From a virus, in the IMG/VR virus record IMGVR_UViG_3300024520_000049, positions 126,499-190,498 of that record: a stretch of DNA of 64,000 nt, one strand, 5' to 3'. The stretch's first letter is position 1. Each line of letters starts with the position of its first letter. The position numbers and the translations under genes were made by a program. The notes under the pieces are model-generated. The model worked only from the letters and a program-made list of their open reading frames with translations, did not search any database and was not told where the DNA came from. Below, one piece after another: positions 1-8,862 of this stretch.

Positions 1-9
1 TACAAAGGC

Positions 10-528
10 GTGAAGGGTGTATTACAGCATAACACTGAAGAACTTACGAAAGCAACACACGACGAAAAAGTAGCTCTGTTTATTACAGAGTTCCTGCGAT
101 TTTATGACGAGGAGAAAAGGCGAGAGAAAAGCGACGCGTTCTGGTATCGACTACATTGGAGCGGTGACGTTCCCGACGAGGAGTACGCCTGGGCCTTGAA
201 AGAGGCCATGGAGGCGTGCCCTTTTATAAAGTTCTGGGGGTACACCCGATCGTTGTTCAGCGTGCCTATACTTGCGGGCACAAAGAACCTCCGCTGGTAC
301 ATATCAGCGGATGCGACCAACGTGGAGGAGTCCTGGGAACTGTATCAGAAATACTTGATGGATCCGGAAGTGAACAACATCCACTTCTGCTATCTGGGCA
401 AAGAAAGGCCAAAAGAGCTTAAGCTCGCAACGTGCCCTGTAGACGCAGGCAGGCTGGACTTGGAGGGCGGATGCCACAAGTGCCAGCTGTGTTTTAAGGG
501 CGCACGTATCTTCTTTCCGGAGAAGTAA
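10..528 (+). CDS. GP88-like phage protein (probably starts upstream of the window)
   Basis: YRLHWSGD and FWGYTRS motifs plus a C-terminal CP...CxxCxxC, as recalled for GP88-family proteins. Confidence 0.6.
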   Translation: MKGVLQHNTEELTKATHDEKVALFITEFLRFYDEEKRREKSDAFWYRLHWSGDVPDEEYAWALKEAMEACPFIKFWGYTRSLFSVPILAGTKNLRWYISADATNVEESWELYQKYLMDPEVNNIHFCYLGKERPKELKLATCPVDAGRLDLEGGCHKCQLCFKGARIFFPEK

Positions 529-893
529 TGAAGAAACGACGAACAGACGTGTCCGAACGGGACACGTACATCATACTAAAGCTGCTGGCCGCGGGGCGCG
601 AAAGTGTCACGCGGATCGGCAGCCAGTGGTTGGCGGATAGCGGCAGCAAAGCCGCGAACCTCCGCCACCGCGCCTCAGGGTGGGCTGGCTACCGCTGCCG
701 GAGCCTGGCCAACACGGGGTTGGTCCGGCGGGTGGAGGTAACGGCCCGGCGGGGGCAATCAGAGTGGGTTTATTATGAACTGACAGGAGAGGGCCGGCAG
801 CTGCTCAGGGTCTTGGACGATGGGAAAGAACTTTGCAAAGTGCGGGGAAAGTACCAACTTACGAATAAGGTGGAACACGATGATCTTGATTAA
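528..893 (+). CDS. hypothetical protein, possibly winged-helix DNA-binding
   Basis: Coupled to the previous stop (TAATG); LANTGLVRRVE...YYELTGEGRQLL resembles a wHTH wing. Confidence 0.45.
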   Translation: MKKRRTDVSERDTYIILKLLAAGRESVTRIGSQWLADSGSKAANLRHRASGWAGYRCRSLANTGLVRRVEVTARRGQSEWVYYELTGEGRQLLRVLDDGKELCKVRGKYQLTNKVEHDDLD

Positions 894-1728
894 CGGAGCT
901 GGCAGGACACTGGAGAAACTGGTGCATCTTGACGGTATATTTGACGGCGGTACGATCATCCTCATGGGCGGCGCGCCAACGATCAAACACCAGCCGCTGG
1001 ACCTGCTGGCGCAGCGTGGCGTGGTGACGGCGGCGATCAACAACGCTGGTATCCACTTCCGCCCGACTCTGTGGTTTATAGGGGATAACCCTGAGGGCTT
1101 TGAGCCTCAGCTGCTTATGGACGCAGGTATTATGAAGTTCATACCGCACTGCTTCGCCGGCAACACCGCGCAGGGTAGGAAGTTGACTGACATACCGAAC
1201 GCCTACTTCTACGTCCAGACAAAGGACGCGGAGCTGGGCGAGTTCCTGAGCAAGCCGCGTGAGGTGCCGTGGTTCTTTAACACGTTGTTCGCCTCGCTCC
1301 ACATCCTCTACCGCCTCGGGTTTAAGCGTATTATACTGGGAGGGTCTGACTTCGAGCCAAGCCCGGACCAGATGTACGCACACGATACCAAGCTTAGCCC
1401 CGAGGAGCGTGACATGAATGTACGCCTGTACCAGCGTCTGGTTGGGGAGCTGATTGCGTGCAAGGGCGTTTTTGAGCAGGCCGGCGTGGAGCTGTTTGAC
1501 TGCTCAGTGAAGTCTAAACTGGGCAGCACCTATCCGGTGATCTCCATGGAGGAGGCTGTCGATATGTGCCTGGATGGGTTCCCGCGAGAGATGGTTGATA
1601 CAACTACGCTGAAGCATGGCACCCGTTTCGCCTCAGCAGACTGGCGCAAAAAGATGAAACTAGCACCCCTTGATGAGTATGAAGAGCTTGAGGATAACCA
1701 GGAGAAAGCCTGGGATTCTGTGCTCTAA
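880..1728 (+). CDS. DUF115/MAF-like (GT29-like) nucleotide-sugar-binding protein
   Basis: IILMGGAPT, AINNA and LGFKRIILGGSDF motifs; ATG 880 follows AAGGTGG. Confidence 0.6.
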   Translation: MILINGAGRTLEKLVHLDGIFDGGTIILMGGAPTIKHQPLDLLAQRGVVTAAINNAGIHFRPTLWFIGDNPEGFEPQLLMDAGIMKFIPHCFAGNTAQGRKLTDIPNAYFYVQTKDAELGEFLSKPREVPWFFNTLFASLHILYRLGFKRIILGGSDFEPSPDQMYAHDTKLSPEERDMNVRLYQRLVGELIACKGVFEQAGVELFDCSVKSKLGSTYPVISMEEAVDMCLDGFPREMVDTTTLKHGTRFASADWRKKMKLAPLDEYEELEDNQEKAWDSVL

Positions 1729-1745
1729 ATAACAGGGTATTTAAT

Positions 1746-1770
1746 GTTATAAGTATATAGTAGTAGATAC
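1746..1770 (+). promoter_or_regulatory. candidate phage promoter GTTATAAGTATATAG
   Basis: AT-rich intergenic island; near-identical motif at 48166-48180. Confidence 0.45.
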
Positions 1771-1829
1771 TATATGTATCATTACTATTCACTTGTTAAC
1801 TACCCAAACTCAACATAGGAGAAGAGACC

Positions 1830-2723
1830 ATGGGCAACGAAACAAACACACAAGAAGAAACAGCATCGACCTCTGAAAAGAAATCCCCACTGGTGAAGCG
1901 TGCAGCCGCGCGTTCCGTACAGGGGGCTATTCTGCTCGGGGGCTTCGGTGTGGTGACACCTCTGGAGATCACCAAAGACGTTCTGCGCCTCGGCGCTTAC
2001 GGACTTGGCGGTCTTTCTCTGATCCTTAAGAAGGGGTCCGACGGTCTCCACCTGGGGGCTGATATCGTTAAGAATACGCAAACCCGCGTCGACCATAAGG
2101 TTGGAGCACTCTTCGGCCAAGTCGGGGAGTGGGGTGGTGTGGGACTGACGAGAGAGGAACGTCACGAGCAGGAGCAGGCCTTCTTGGTTGAGCTCAATGC
2201 ATCGAAGAAGCTCCTGAAAGAGCTGGATGCTGTGCACGCAATGGATCGTGGAGACGCCCCGATGGACTTCCCACGCATTAACGCGTTCTACGCGGACATC
2301 GCGGAGCTGCGCAAGCAAGCAGCTGGCGTGGCTCCCTCGGAGCCCGCTGCGCCAAGCGTTGCGGACGTTGCTAAAACACAAGCGGCTGACGTGGCGAAGA
2401 CGGCTGATACGCAGGAGATGACAGGCACCAAGGCCTGCCCGCACTGCGGCAAGGCGGTTACAGCTCCCGAGTACAGCGCGCATGTTGAAATGCACGCGAC
2501 CCGGCTCGCTCTCGTCTACTCAGGCGAGGGTGTCACAGCCAATATAGACGCCGTCTATAAGAAGCTGAAAGATCAGGGTACGGCGGGTACGCGCGAAGCG
2601 CTGCGCAAGGTTGCAAAACCGATCGTGGCGTTGATGAAGAAAGCGAAAGATGCTACCATAGATCCGGGTGTGGCGATGCCCAACAACCCAGGTTCGGTAA
2701 TCAATCCTAACCCCGCCACATAG
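1830..2723 (+). CDS. hypothetical protein with a C2H2-like zinc finger
   Basis: 297-aa ORF after an AGGAG site; CPHC...HVEMH. Confidence 0.7.
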   Translation: MGNETNTQEETASTSEKKSPLVKRAAARSVQGAILLGGFGVVTPLEITKDVLRLGAYGLGGLSLILKKGSDGLHLGADIVKNTQTRVDHKVGALFGQVGEWGGVGLTREERHEQEQAFLVELNASKKLLKELDAVHAMDRGDAPMDFPRINAFYADIAELRKQAAGVAPSEPAAPSVADVAKTQAADVAKTADTQEMTGTKACPHCGKAVTAPEYSAHVEMHATRLALVYSGEGVTANIDAVYKKLKDQGTAGTREALRKVAKPIVALMKKAKDATIDPGVAMPNNPGSVINPNPAT

Positions 2724-2737
2724 GCGGAGTTGGGGTG

Positions 2738-2765
2738 GCGGGGTCAGACATTTGTCTGATCCCGC
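2738..2765 (+). terminator. stem-loop after gene 1830-2723
   Basis: gcggggtcagaca/tgtctgatcccgc inverted repeat; weak U tract. Confidence 0.5.
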
Positions 2766-2792
2766 TACGAACTTTTAGATATCGGAGGTAGA

Positions 2793-3128
2793 ATGGCATT
2801 CCAATCTAAGGTATACTTAGTTACGCTGCCGGCAATTATGGCGCCGATGCGGCCGTTCACTTCACTGCTGAAGGCCGCGTTGTTCATCGCTAAACATGAG
2901 CGCTACCTGCCGGGGTGGAAATTATATGTGGGGCAGCCGGACGACGCGGCGGGCCTGCAGGAGATGACAGCGCAGGCTGAGCCCATGATAGCCCACCTGC
3001 AGCACCACATTCCGACGTGCGGGGAGGAGTTCATCTCCTCTGAGTACCGCGTAACGGATGATCCGGACCATAAGAGGTTCAAACACCTGAGGTTAGAACG
3101 ATGCAGGAAGGTAACAACACGCACCTGA
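2793..3128 (+). CDS. hypothetical protein
   Basis: GGAGGT ribosome site before the ATG. Confidence 0.65.
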   Translation: MAFQSKVYLVTLPAIMAPMRPFTSLLKAALFIAKHERYLPGWKLYVGQPDDAAGLQEMTAQAEPMIAHLQHHIPTCGEEFISSEYRVTDDPDHKRFKHLRLERCRKVTTRT

Positions 3129-3296
3129 TCAAATCCAAAAACGCGCAGCGTAAGCACTCCGATGGGGGCGCATACCGTGAGAACATCTCGCGTATTTTTG
3201 GTGAGAAGAAGGTAGTAGGCACAGCCAAGCTGAAGCCCAAAAACAACCAGACCAGCGTGGTTACATGCCGGTCGGCGAATAAGCACGGGGAAGACA

Positions 3297-3695
3297 ATGA
3301 CAGCTACAGGAGCGGACATGAGCGAATCTTTGGTAATAAGACCGCAGAGCCCGAATCTCCCGCTGGATAATCCTGCCTTCGTGGAGCTTATGACAGACGC
3401 CATTGTACTCGACCCTGAGTACCTGGACGCCGCGATCATAGGCCACGACACAAACGAAGATGGGGAGATCATCTTTGTATATAGCTATGAGAAGCTCACC
3501 GAAGCTTTCCGCAACGCCGAAGAAGGGTGGAATGACCTTGACGCGATGGAGTGGGTAGACTTCAACACTGTAAGAGCCCTCCCCTACATGGGGGATCGGG
3601 CGCCGATAATTAAATACGAACTCGAAGATGAGGAAAACAAAGATGAACGAGAAGAATTGGAGGTTCCACGGAACCATCGGGGAGGTACTCCCTAA
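3297..3695 (+). CDS. hypothetical phage protein
   Basis: DAAIIG...VYSYEK...AMEWVDFNT...P pattern resembling a common phage hypothetical; exact start uncertain. Confidence 0.65.
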   Translation: MTATGADMSESLVIRPQSPNLPLDNPAFVELMTDAIVLDPEYLDAAIIGHDTNEDGEIIFVYSYEKLTEAFRNAEEGWNDLDAMEWVDFNTVRALPYMGDRAPIIKYELEDEENKDEREELEVPRNHRGGTP

Positions 3696-5160
3696 GCTGA
3701 AAAGTGGCTACCGCGGGGTAGCAGTGCTCATTGACCCAGCCAAGAGCAGAGCGGCAGTTACCGGCAGTGGCTGTATTAGAACAACCCTTCCTGGCCTGTT
3801 GCAGAATATGAAGGGGCTTAAACGGCGGTTGGATCTGAAGCAGATACAGGAACGCTACCCAGAGCTACTCCTGATGGTCACGCACAAAATCGGAAAGAAG
3901 GCTACGTTCCCACGCCGGCACGAAGTCTCCAGCTGGCTGGGTCTGGCGAAAAAGGCCCCGATCGGGAAGATAGCGCTGGGGGAGGACAACTTCCCATCTG
4001 CCCCTGAACCGGCACCCCAGCCCGAGCTGGGCCTACCCCCCTCAGAGCCTGAGGTTGTTGATCCGCCAAACGCGCAAAGGGCCGCGGACCCAGGAGCTCT
4101 CTCCCTCGTCTGCCCCGAAGATATCGCGCAGGGGCGTGTGATCCGCGCTTTCTCTGAAACAGGCTCAACGGGGGACACGTTCTTCGTCGCGCACGATGTC
4201 GCTGATATCCTGGGCTACCGTGACAGCCAGAACTTGGTTCGACTCCTCAAGAATGAGGATACAAGAGATGGTCTACGCCCTCACTTAGTGAGGGTGAAGG
4301 ATCGAGTGATCGAATCCCCTTGCCTGAGCTTCCCCTGTTTAGTTCTAGCCATGTTTCGATCGGACAAGCCTCTGGCCGTCAAATTCCGGGGCTGGGTGGC
4401 GCACGATGTCATGGATCAGATCCGCCGGACGGGTTCTTTTTCGGCCGGTGGTGGGCATGCAGAGGTAGTTGGGTCTGATGAGCGGTGGAGGCTTTTTGAG
4501 GCTTCGGGAGCCCGCCAGGATCGCATGCTTGAGGCGCAGATGGCTCAGATGTCGATGTTGCAGTCACTCGTCAGCACCATGGCCGACATGCAGAAGGGCT
4601 TCGGCCACAAAGCGTCGCAGCCAGAGTCGGCGGGTTACTCCCGGGCACAAACTGCGGTCATCGGGCTGCTTGAGCCCCCTCGCGTCCCGATGAAGGAGTT
4701 CCCTTCGGACGCGTATCTCGTTGCAACCAAGGTGTCTGGGCAGCTGATCACGGACATCGCTCACCCCAATGCGCCACTAGGCACACGCACCACGCTGCTG
4801 GACTTGTTCCCGTTACGGAATGAAGCTGCGGAGATTCTCTTCATCCTTCTAGAGCGGTGGGGTGTGGTTGTTCGACATGAGCAGGGCAGCGATGAGCCGC
4901 ATCTGACGGTTGACGCTACATGGCAGGAGTACGAGATCTTGGTGCCGGCATTCCGGAATACCTATATGAAAGACGGCAGCAAAGTGCTGCATAGCGACGG
5001 TTCTGACGCGTTCCGCTCTATGTTGGTATTCCATCCAGAAGAGGCGGTTAAGCGTCTTCAGCGTCACTTCACAAAGCTGCGGGACTCCAAGCAGCTTGAG
5101 CAGGAACTTGCTGCGGCTGTCTCACTCCGAAGCGCCCGCCGCCAGAAAAAGAAGGCGTAG
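3643..5160 (+). CDS. Bro-N domain (antirepressor-like) protein
   Basis: FFVAHDVADILGY...FRSDKPLAVKFRGWVAHDVMDQIRRTGSF is a Bro-N signature. Confidence 0.8.
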   Translation: MNEKNWRFHGTIGEVLPKLKSGYRGVAVLIDPAKSRAAVTGSGCIRTTLPGLLQNMKGLKRRLDLKQIQERYPELLLMVTHKIGKKATFPRRHEVSSWLGLAKKAPIGKIALGEDNFPSAPEPAPQPELGLPPSEPEVVDPPNAQRAADPGALSLVCPEDIAQGRVIRAFSETGSTGDTFFVAHDVADILGYRDSQNLVRLLKNEDTRDGLRPHLVRVKDRVIESPCLSFPCLVLAMFRSDKPLAVKFRGWVAHDVMDQIRRTGSFSAGGGHAEVVGSDERWRLFEASGARQDRMLEAQMAQMSMLQSLVSTMADMQKGFGHKASQPESAGYSRAQTAVIGLLEPPRVPMKEFPSDAYLVATKVSGQLITDIAHPNAPLGTRTTLLDLFPLRNEAAEILFILLERWGVVVRHEQGSDEPHLTVDATWQEYEILVPAFRNTYMKDGSKVLHSDGSDAFRSMLVFHPEEAVKRLQRHFTKLRDSKQLEQELAAAVSLRSARRQKKKA

Positions 5161-5179
5161 GCCGCACAAACACACAACC

Positions 5180-5233
5180 AACCCCCATTCATGTTCAGGA
5201 AAATATTCTTGTTCACGAATGGGGGTTTTTTAT
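5180..5233 (+). terminator. rho-independent terminator
   Basis: aacccccattc/gaatgggggtt stem followed by a T run. Confidence 0.65.
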
Positions 5234-5245
5234 TGGGGGTAAATC

Positions 5246-5584
5246 ATGAGTGCAGATCTTTGGGTTCTGCTTCTCGCTGCCATGATTCAGGTGGAATCTG
5301 GGGGCATATCACAGATCAATCACCAGGAGCAGGCCTACGGCGTATTGCAGATACGCCAGGGAGCTCTTGATGATGTCAATCAGTCCTGCGGTACTCGTAT
5401 CACTCTGCAGGACTGTCTCCGTAACGAAACCATAAGTCGTTGGGTCTGCGTACAATACGCACGACGTTACGGCGCACAAACAATGGAAGGGATTGCAAGG
5501 ACGCATAACGGAGGGCCGGCAGGCCCTTCGAAGGTTTCTACCCGGGCCTATTGGAACAGGGTAAAGCGGGAGCTGCGGAAGTAG
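5246..5584 (+). CDS. lysozyme-like / lytic transglycosylase (destabilase-like) protein
   Basis: IQVESGG, GVLQI, ARTHNGGP and YWNRV motifs; hydrophobic N-terminus. Confidence 0.75.
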   Translation: MSADLWVLLLAAMIQVESGGISQINHQEQAYGVLQIRQGALDDVNQSCGTRITLQDCLRNETISRWVCVQYARRYGAQTMEGIARTHNGGPAGPSKVSTRAYWNRVKRELRK

Positions 5585-5675
5585 CTCATAGTGCCCGCTT
5601 CAAAACCGCGGAAGCGCGGGATACGAATGGGGTTTACAATGAAGACGAGAAGAACTGACAAGGGACAAAAGGGGC

Positions 5676-6773
5676 ATGACAAAGGTAGGGACAAAACCAC
5701 AACAGCGGGCACTCGGGCTGAGTGTCGGCGCACTTATTGAGGCAAAAATGCAGCACCAGGAAAATACCGATCACGATCATGTGTTGGTGGGATGGCAGGC
5801 GCCTGTGCAAGCAGGGACTGTTACCTTCGACATCACGACGTTGACCGGGCTATCACCATTCACGCTCGTGTATGGACCCGCCAGTACGTTTGCAGGGCGT
5901 GAGATGACACCGGAGCAGATAATCTCGTGCAGCAAAACTTACCGTATGCGGCTGAAGCCGTTCACGGTGAACTATGCGAAGGAGAAGATCACAACAACCG
6001 GGGACATCAAACTCTCCACATTAGTGGATACAAACTGCACACGATGCCAGCATAAGACCTCGATGCCTACTGGGAAGGCGCGGGCGCTGCAACGAGCCGG
6101 TAAGTTGACGTGCTCAATTTGTAAGGACAATGTAAAGCTAAGTATTATGGGGGTGAGACCCCAGAAACTTTCCACGTCTTCGTCACTCGTGACGAGGATG
6201 CAGAAATGTATGGCGATGCCCTTTGCACCGAACCCTGATGTAATGCCGAACGTCTACGCGCTTATGTTGCCAGGTTCCGCGCCCGGTGCATACACGCCAG
6301 AGTCGGTAAGACAGACGGAAATGGTCAGGCGGTACCACCGTACAGCTTCCCGGTGCCCAGAATGTCAGTATGTCTCCCTTGTGCCAAAGGGAGCCAATTT
6401 TGACGCTGGGTTCCTTATGGCTTGTCAGAACTGTCGCCACGCCTACGAGGTGCAAGGCGACAGTCACTTGTCATATGATATCCGTCCTCTAAGCGTTCTT
6501 AGAGAGCACTTTGGGAAAGTGCGCGAGACGGTTTCAAAGTCCAAACACAAAAAGGGGAAATCGAAAGTGACGCAAGAAGTTGAGTGGGGGCGCATCCCTG
6601 GGCTGCAATGCCTGGTGTGCCTGGCTGAAACCATCAACGTGGGCTGGGCTCCAAAAGCTCTTCTCCACAACTCAAATCACTTAAAGCAGCTCAACCAGCA
6701 TGGTTGGGTAAGAGCATTCCCAGCGCTCGGGATGGCAAATAAACGAGCACAGCCACAAGTAACAATCGTCTAG
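5676..6773 (+). CDS. multi-zinc-ribbon hypothetical protein
   Basis: 365 aa with five CxxC pairs. Confidence 0.7.
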   Translation: MTKVGTKPQQRALGLSVGALIEAKMQHQENTDHDHVLVGWQAPVQAGTVTFDITTLTGLSPFTLVYGPASTFAGREMTPEQIISCSKTYRMRLKPFTVNYAKEKITTTGDIKLSTLVDTNCTRCQHKTSMPTGKARALQRAGKLTCSICKDNVKLSIMGVRPQKLSTSSSLVTRMQKCMAMPFAPNPDVMPNVYALMLPGSAPGAYTPESVRQTEMVRRYHRTASRCPECQYVSLVPKGANFDAGFLMACQNCRHAYEVQGDSHLSYDIRPLSVLREHFGKVRETVSKSKHKKGKSKVTQEVEWGRIPGLQCLVCLAETINVGWAPKALLHNSNHLKQLNQHGWVRAFPALGMANKRAQPQVTIV

Positions 6774-6798
6774 GTGATCCTGGGCTTATGCTTACAAT

Positions 6799-6823
6799 GT
6801 GGGGGGCCTAACCGGCCCCCCAC
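6799..6823. terminator. GC hairpin between convergent genes
   Basis: Perfect 10-bp stem gtggggggcc/ggccccccac. Confidence 0.6.
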
Positions 6824-6826
6824 CAC

Positions 6827-7174
6827 TTAGCTTTTACGCGCTTTGCGCCGAGCCCAGGCGGCCTTCTGCCCCTCGGAGATTCTCCGGCGGGCCTCCTCAG
6901 ACTGTACTGTGCCTTCGCGGTTCTTCTTACCTTTCATAGATCGTGCAATGCGCATATTCCAGGTGATCCTGTGCTGTTCCTCGTCGTCGCGCACCTCTAT
7001 GGAGAGTTCCTCATCGGGGTCGGCGAAGTTCATGATATAGTTCACCTGGCTCAGGGTTAAAACCCAGCCCTGCTTCTTCAGCTCTCTCCACTTCTTTCTG
7101 ACACCCTTCTCAGACATGCGCGGGTAGCGGGATTCAGGTGGTAGTTTTGGTGCTTTTGGTACGTCTCGTGGCAT
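6827..7174 (-). CDS. basic protein with a NUMOD3-like motif
   Basis: AGGAGG ribosome site on the minus strand; SEEARRRISEGQK. Confidence 0.7.
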   Translation of the reverse strand: MPRDVPKAPKLPPESRYPRMSEKGVRKKWRELKKQGWVLTLSQVNYIMNFADPDEELSIEVRDDEEQHRITWNMRIARSMKGKKNREGTVQSEEARRRISEGQKAAWARRKARKS

Positions 7175-7232
7175 AGGTGCCTCCTTTGTTGCTGAAGAGA
7201 CGATATCACACCTGACAAAAAAGTCCAGACCG

Positions 7233-7374
7233 TACTTAAACTATTCTAGGCAGTAAATCGAGACTATCGTTACAACTTCAGAGAGGATACTTAAACTAAG
7301 CCGCGCCTTCAGATACCTGCTGTTTATACTTTAACTACATACTTAAACTATTCTAGGCAGTAAATCGAGACTAT
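7233..7374. repeat. 35-bp direct repeat (x2) with two extra 11-bp core copies
   Basis: tacttaaactattctaggcagtaaatcgagactat at 7233-7267 and 7340-7374; tacttaaacta at 7288; tactttaacta at 7327. Confidence 0.9.
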
Positions 7375-7390
7375 TGACACGGAAAAATCC

Positions 7391-7462
7391 CGTTTTTGTA
7401 AATTTCACAAAATAAGAGATATCCCCCCTAAAGGGGGTCTATCCTCTTATTAAACAAAAACG
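7391..7462. repeat. imperfect 72-bp inverted repeat
   Basis: Nested pairs cgtttttgt/acaaaaacg, aataagag/ctcttatt, ccccc/ggggg. Confidence 0.75.
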
Positions 7463-7591
7463 TCGTCCGCCTTAGCCTAACGGCACGGCTTCCTAGTTTT
7501 GTTCGCTCCATCGCGATAAAACCCCATCTGGGGCTTGCAAAGGGGGTTCCGCCTTGTAAGATATACCACGCACAAACACAAAGGAGGCTCC

Positions 7592-7852
7592 GTGGAGAAG
7601 CTGATGACTCACCCTGTTGAATGCCGCAAATGCGGCCACATTGAGGATGCGCAGCATTGCACCTCGAACACCTGCGGCAACAAAGATTGCCGCGCTCACC
7701 TGACAACCCCATGCCCTAGCGGCTGCGGCCACGACATCATGGTGTCTTTGGCCTACCCGCACTATTCCAGGAGCAGTAGCTCCTGCCCCTACTGCTACAA
7801 CAACGGCGTCGATGCCGGGCCGTCGATGTTGAAGATTCCGCTGACGACCTAA
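7592..7852 (+). CDS. small Cys-rich protein
   Basis: AAGGAGG then GTG; 9 Cys in 86 aa. Confidence 0.6.
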   Translation: MEKLMTHPVECRKCGHIEDAQHCTSNTCGNKDCRAHLTTPCPSGCGHDIMVSLAYPHYSRSSSSCPYCYNNGVDAGPSMLKIPLTT

Positions 7853-7857
7853 ATAGC

Positions 7858-7999
7858 GGGCAGGTAGCTTAAATCGGCAAAGCGGGGGCCCTGGTCCTCT
7901 AGGATGAGTGGCTACTGCAGCTAGGTTATTTTCTAATTTTTTCCTAATAGCAGGTGACGCGATTCCGACATGCGGGTTCGAATCCCGTCCTGTCCACCA
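7858..7999 (+). ncRNA. tRNA-like RNA (Ala-type acceptor) with an expanded anticodon region
   Basis: Acceptor GGGCAGG/CCTGTCC-A-CCA; D arm GCTT..AAGC; T arm GCGGG-TTCGAAT-CCCGT; about 70 nt in place of the anticodon loop. Confidence 0.75.
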
Positions 8000-8133
8000 A
8001 TGACCTAAAATATTTAGAAAAAAGCACGTCTTTTTCTAAACGCCTTTGAGCGAGGCGGGCCGATGCACTGACCAACTGCGGTGCAAAAGCCTGTCTCGCT
8101 CTTTTCATTTATACTTACAATTAAGGAGGCAAT

Positions 8134-8337
8134 ATGCCTGACTTCCACGAGACTCGTATGGGTCGGAGATTTATTGAGGGCACCATGCCTAAAATCGCCA
8201 ACGCACTGGAGCGCATCGCTGACGCACTGGAGCGGCGCAATGACCTGGAACGTCACGAGGAGGGCGCGCCGACTAGCGGTACCACTGCAAGGCCTGATCC
8301 AGACTATAACCCCGGAGGCTCAGGGCCTCCTTCATAA
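8134..8337 (+). CDS. small hypothetical protein
   Basis: TAAGGAGG ribosome site; IANALERIADALE coiled motif. Confidence 0.7.
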   Translation: MPDFHETRMGRRFIEGTMPKIANALERIADALERRNDLERHEEGAPTSGTTARPDPDYNPGGSGPPS

Positions 8338-8553
8338 TCAGTCGAGAGGCCAGGATCACTACCTGACCTCTCATAGCGCGGGTACAGAACCAAGCCCGCC
8401 TCTCGGTCGAAGGATCTCAGAGGGTTATCACGATAGCCCCGGACCGGTGGGACCTCAGCTTTGGCACAAATTGCTGCAGGTCATGACAAGAAGTTCATCA
8501 GCCACGCTTGTCACCACTCTCCTACAGGGCGCGAGCGGCGCCCGATCACTGAT
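8337..8553 (+). ncRNA. candidate multi-hairpin structured RNA
   Basis: At least 6 adjacent hairpins closed by atcagt/actgat. Confidence 0.55.
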
Positions 8554-8571
8554 CCGTCCGCTCACTTTTTT

Positions 8572-8702
8572 CTTCGCGTGGCGCAATTGGAAGACGCCTC
8601 ACCCGCAAGGTGAGCTGGGCCGAGGTGTGCCCAGGAACGAGAGTTCAAAGGGGGTTCGATTCCCCTACATGATTGCGGGTTCGAGCCCCGCCGCGAAGAC
8701 CA
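8572..8702 (+). ncRNA. tRNA-like RNA (Leu-type D arm) with extra arms and two T-loops
   Basis: Acceptor CTTCGCG/CGCGAAG-A-CCA; D arm TGGCGCAATTGGAAGACGC; T arm GCGGG-TTCGAGC-CCCGC; internal GGGGG-TTCGATT-CCCCT. Confidence 0.75.
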
Positions 8703-8862
8703 GAACCCACCCCCCGGAAAATGGCAGGAAACACCTGTCAAAACCCCCGGAAAACCCCCTCCGCGCCGAGGCAAAAACCCGTCCAGATTTGCAGTTACAC
8801 CCCCCACTACGATTTTTTCTAGGCAGGGAAAGGGTCTGCAGGCTATATTAACGAGAGCAAAT

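Noticed and set aside
7858-7999. tmRNA or a standard tRNA-Thr/Ala call
   Set aside because: It is too short for tmRNA, has a D stem and no tag frame, and no clean 7-nt anticodon loop can be drawn.
8081-8851. 256-aa + strand ORF
   Set aside because: It has no ribosome site and atypical composition, and it overlaps a better ORF (8134-8337) and the structured RNAs.
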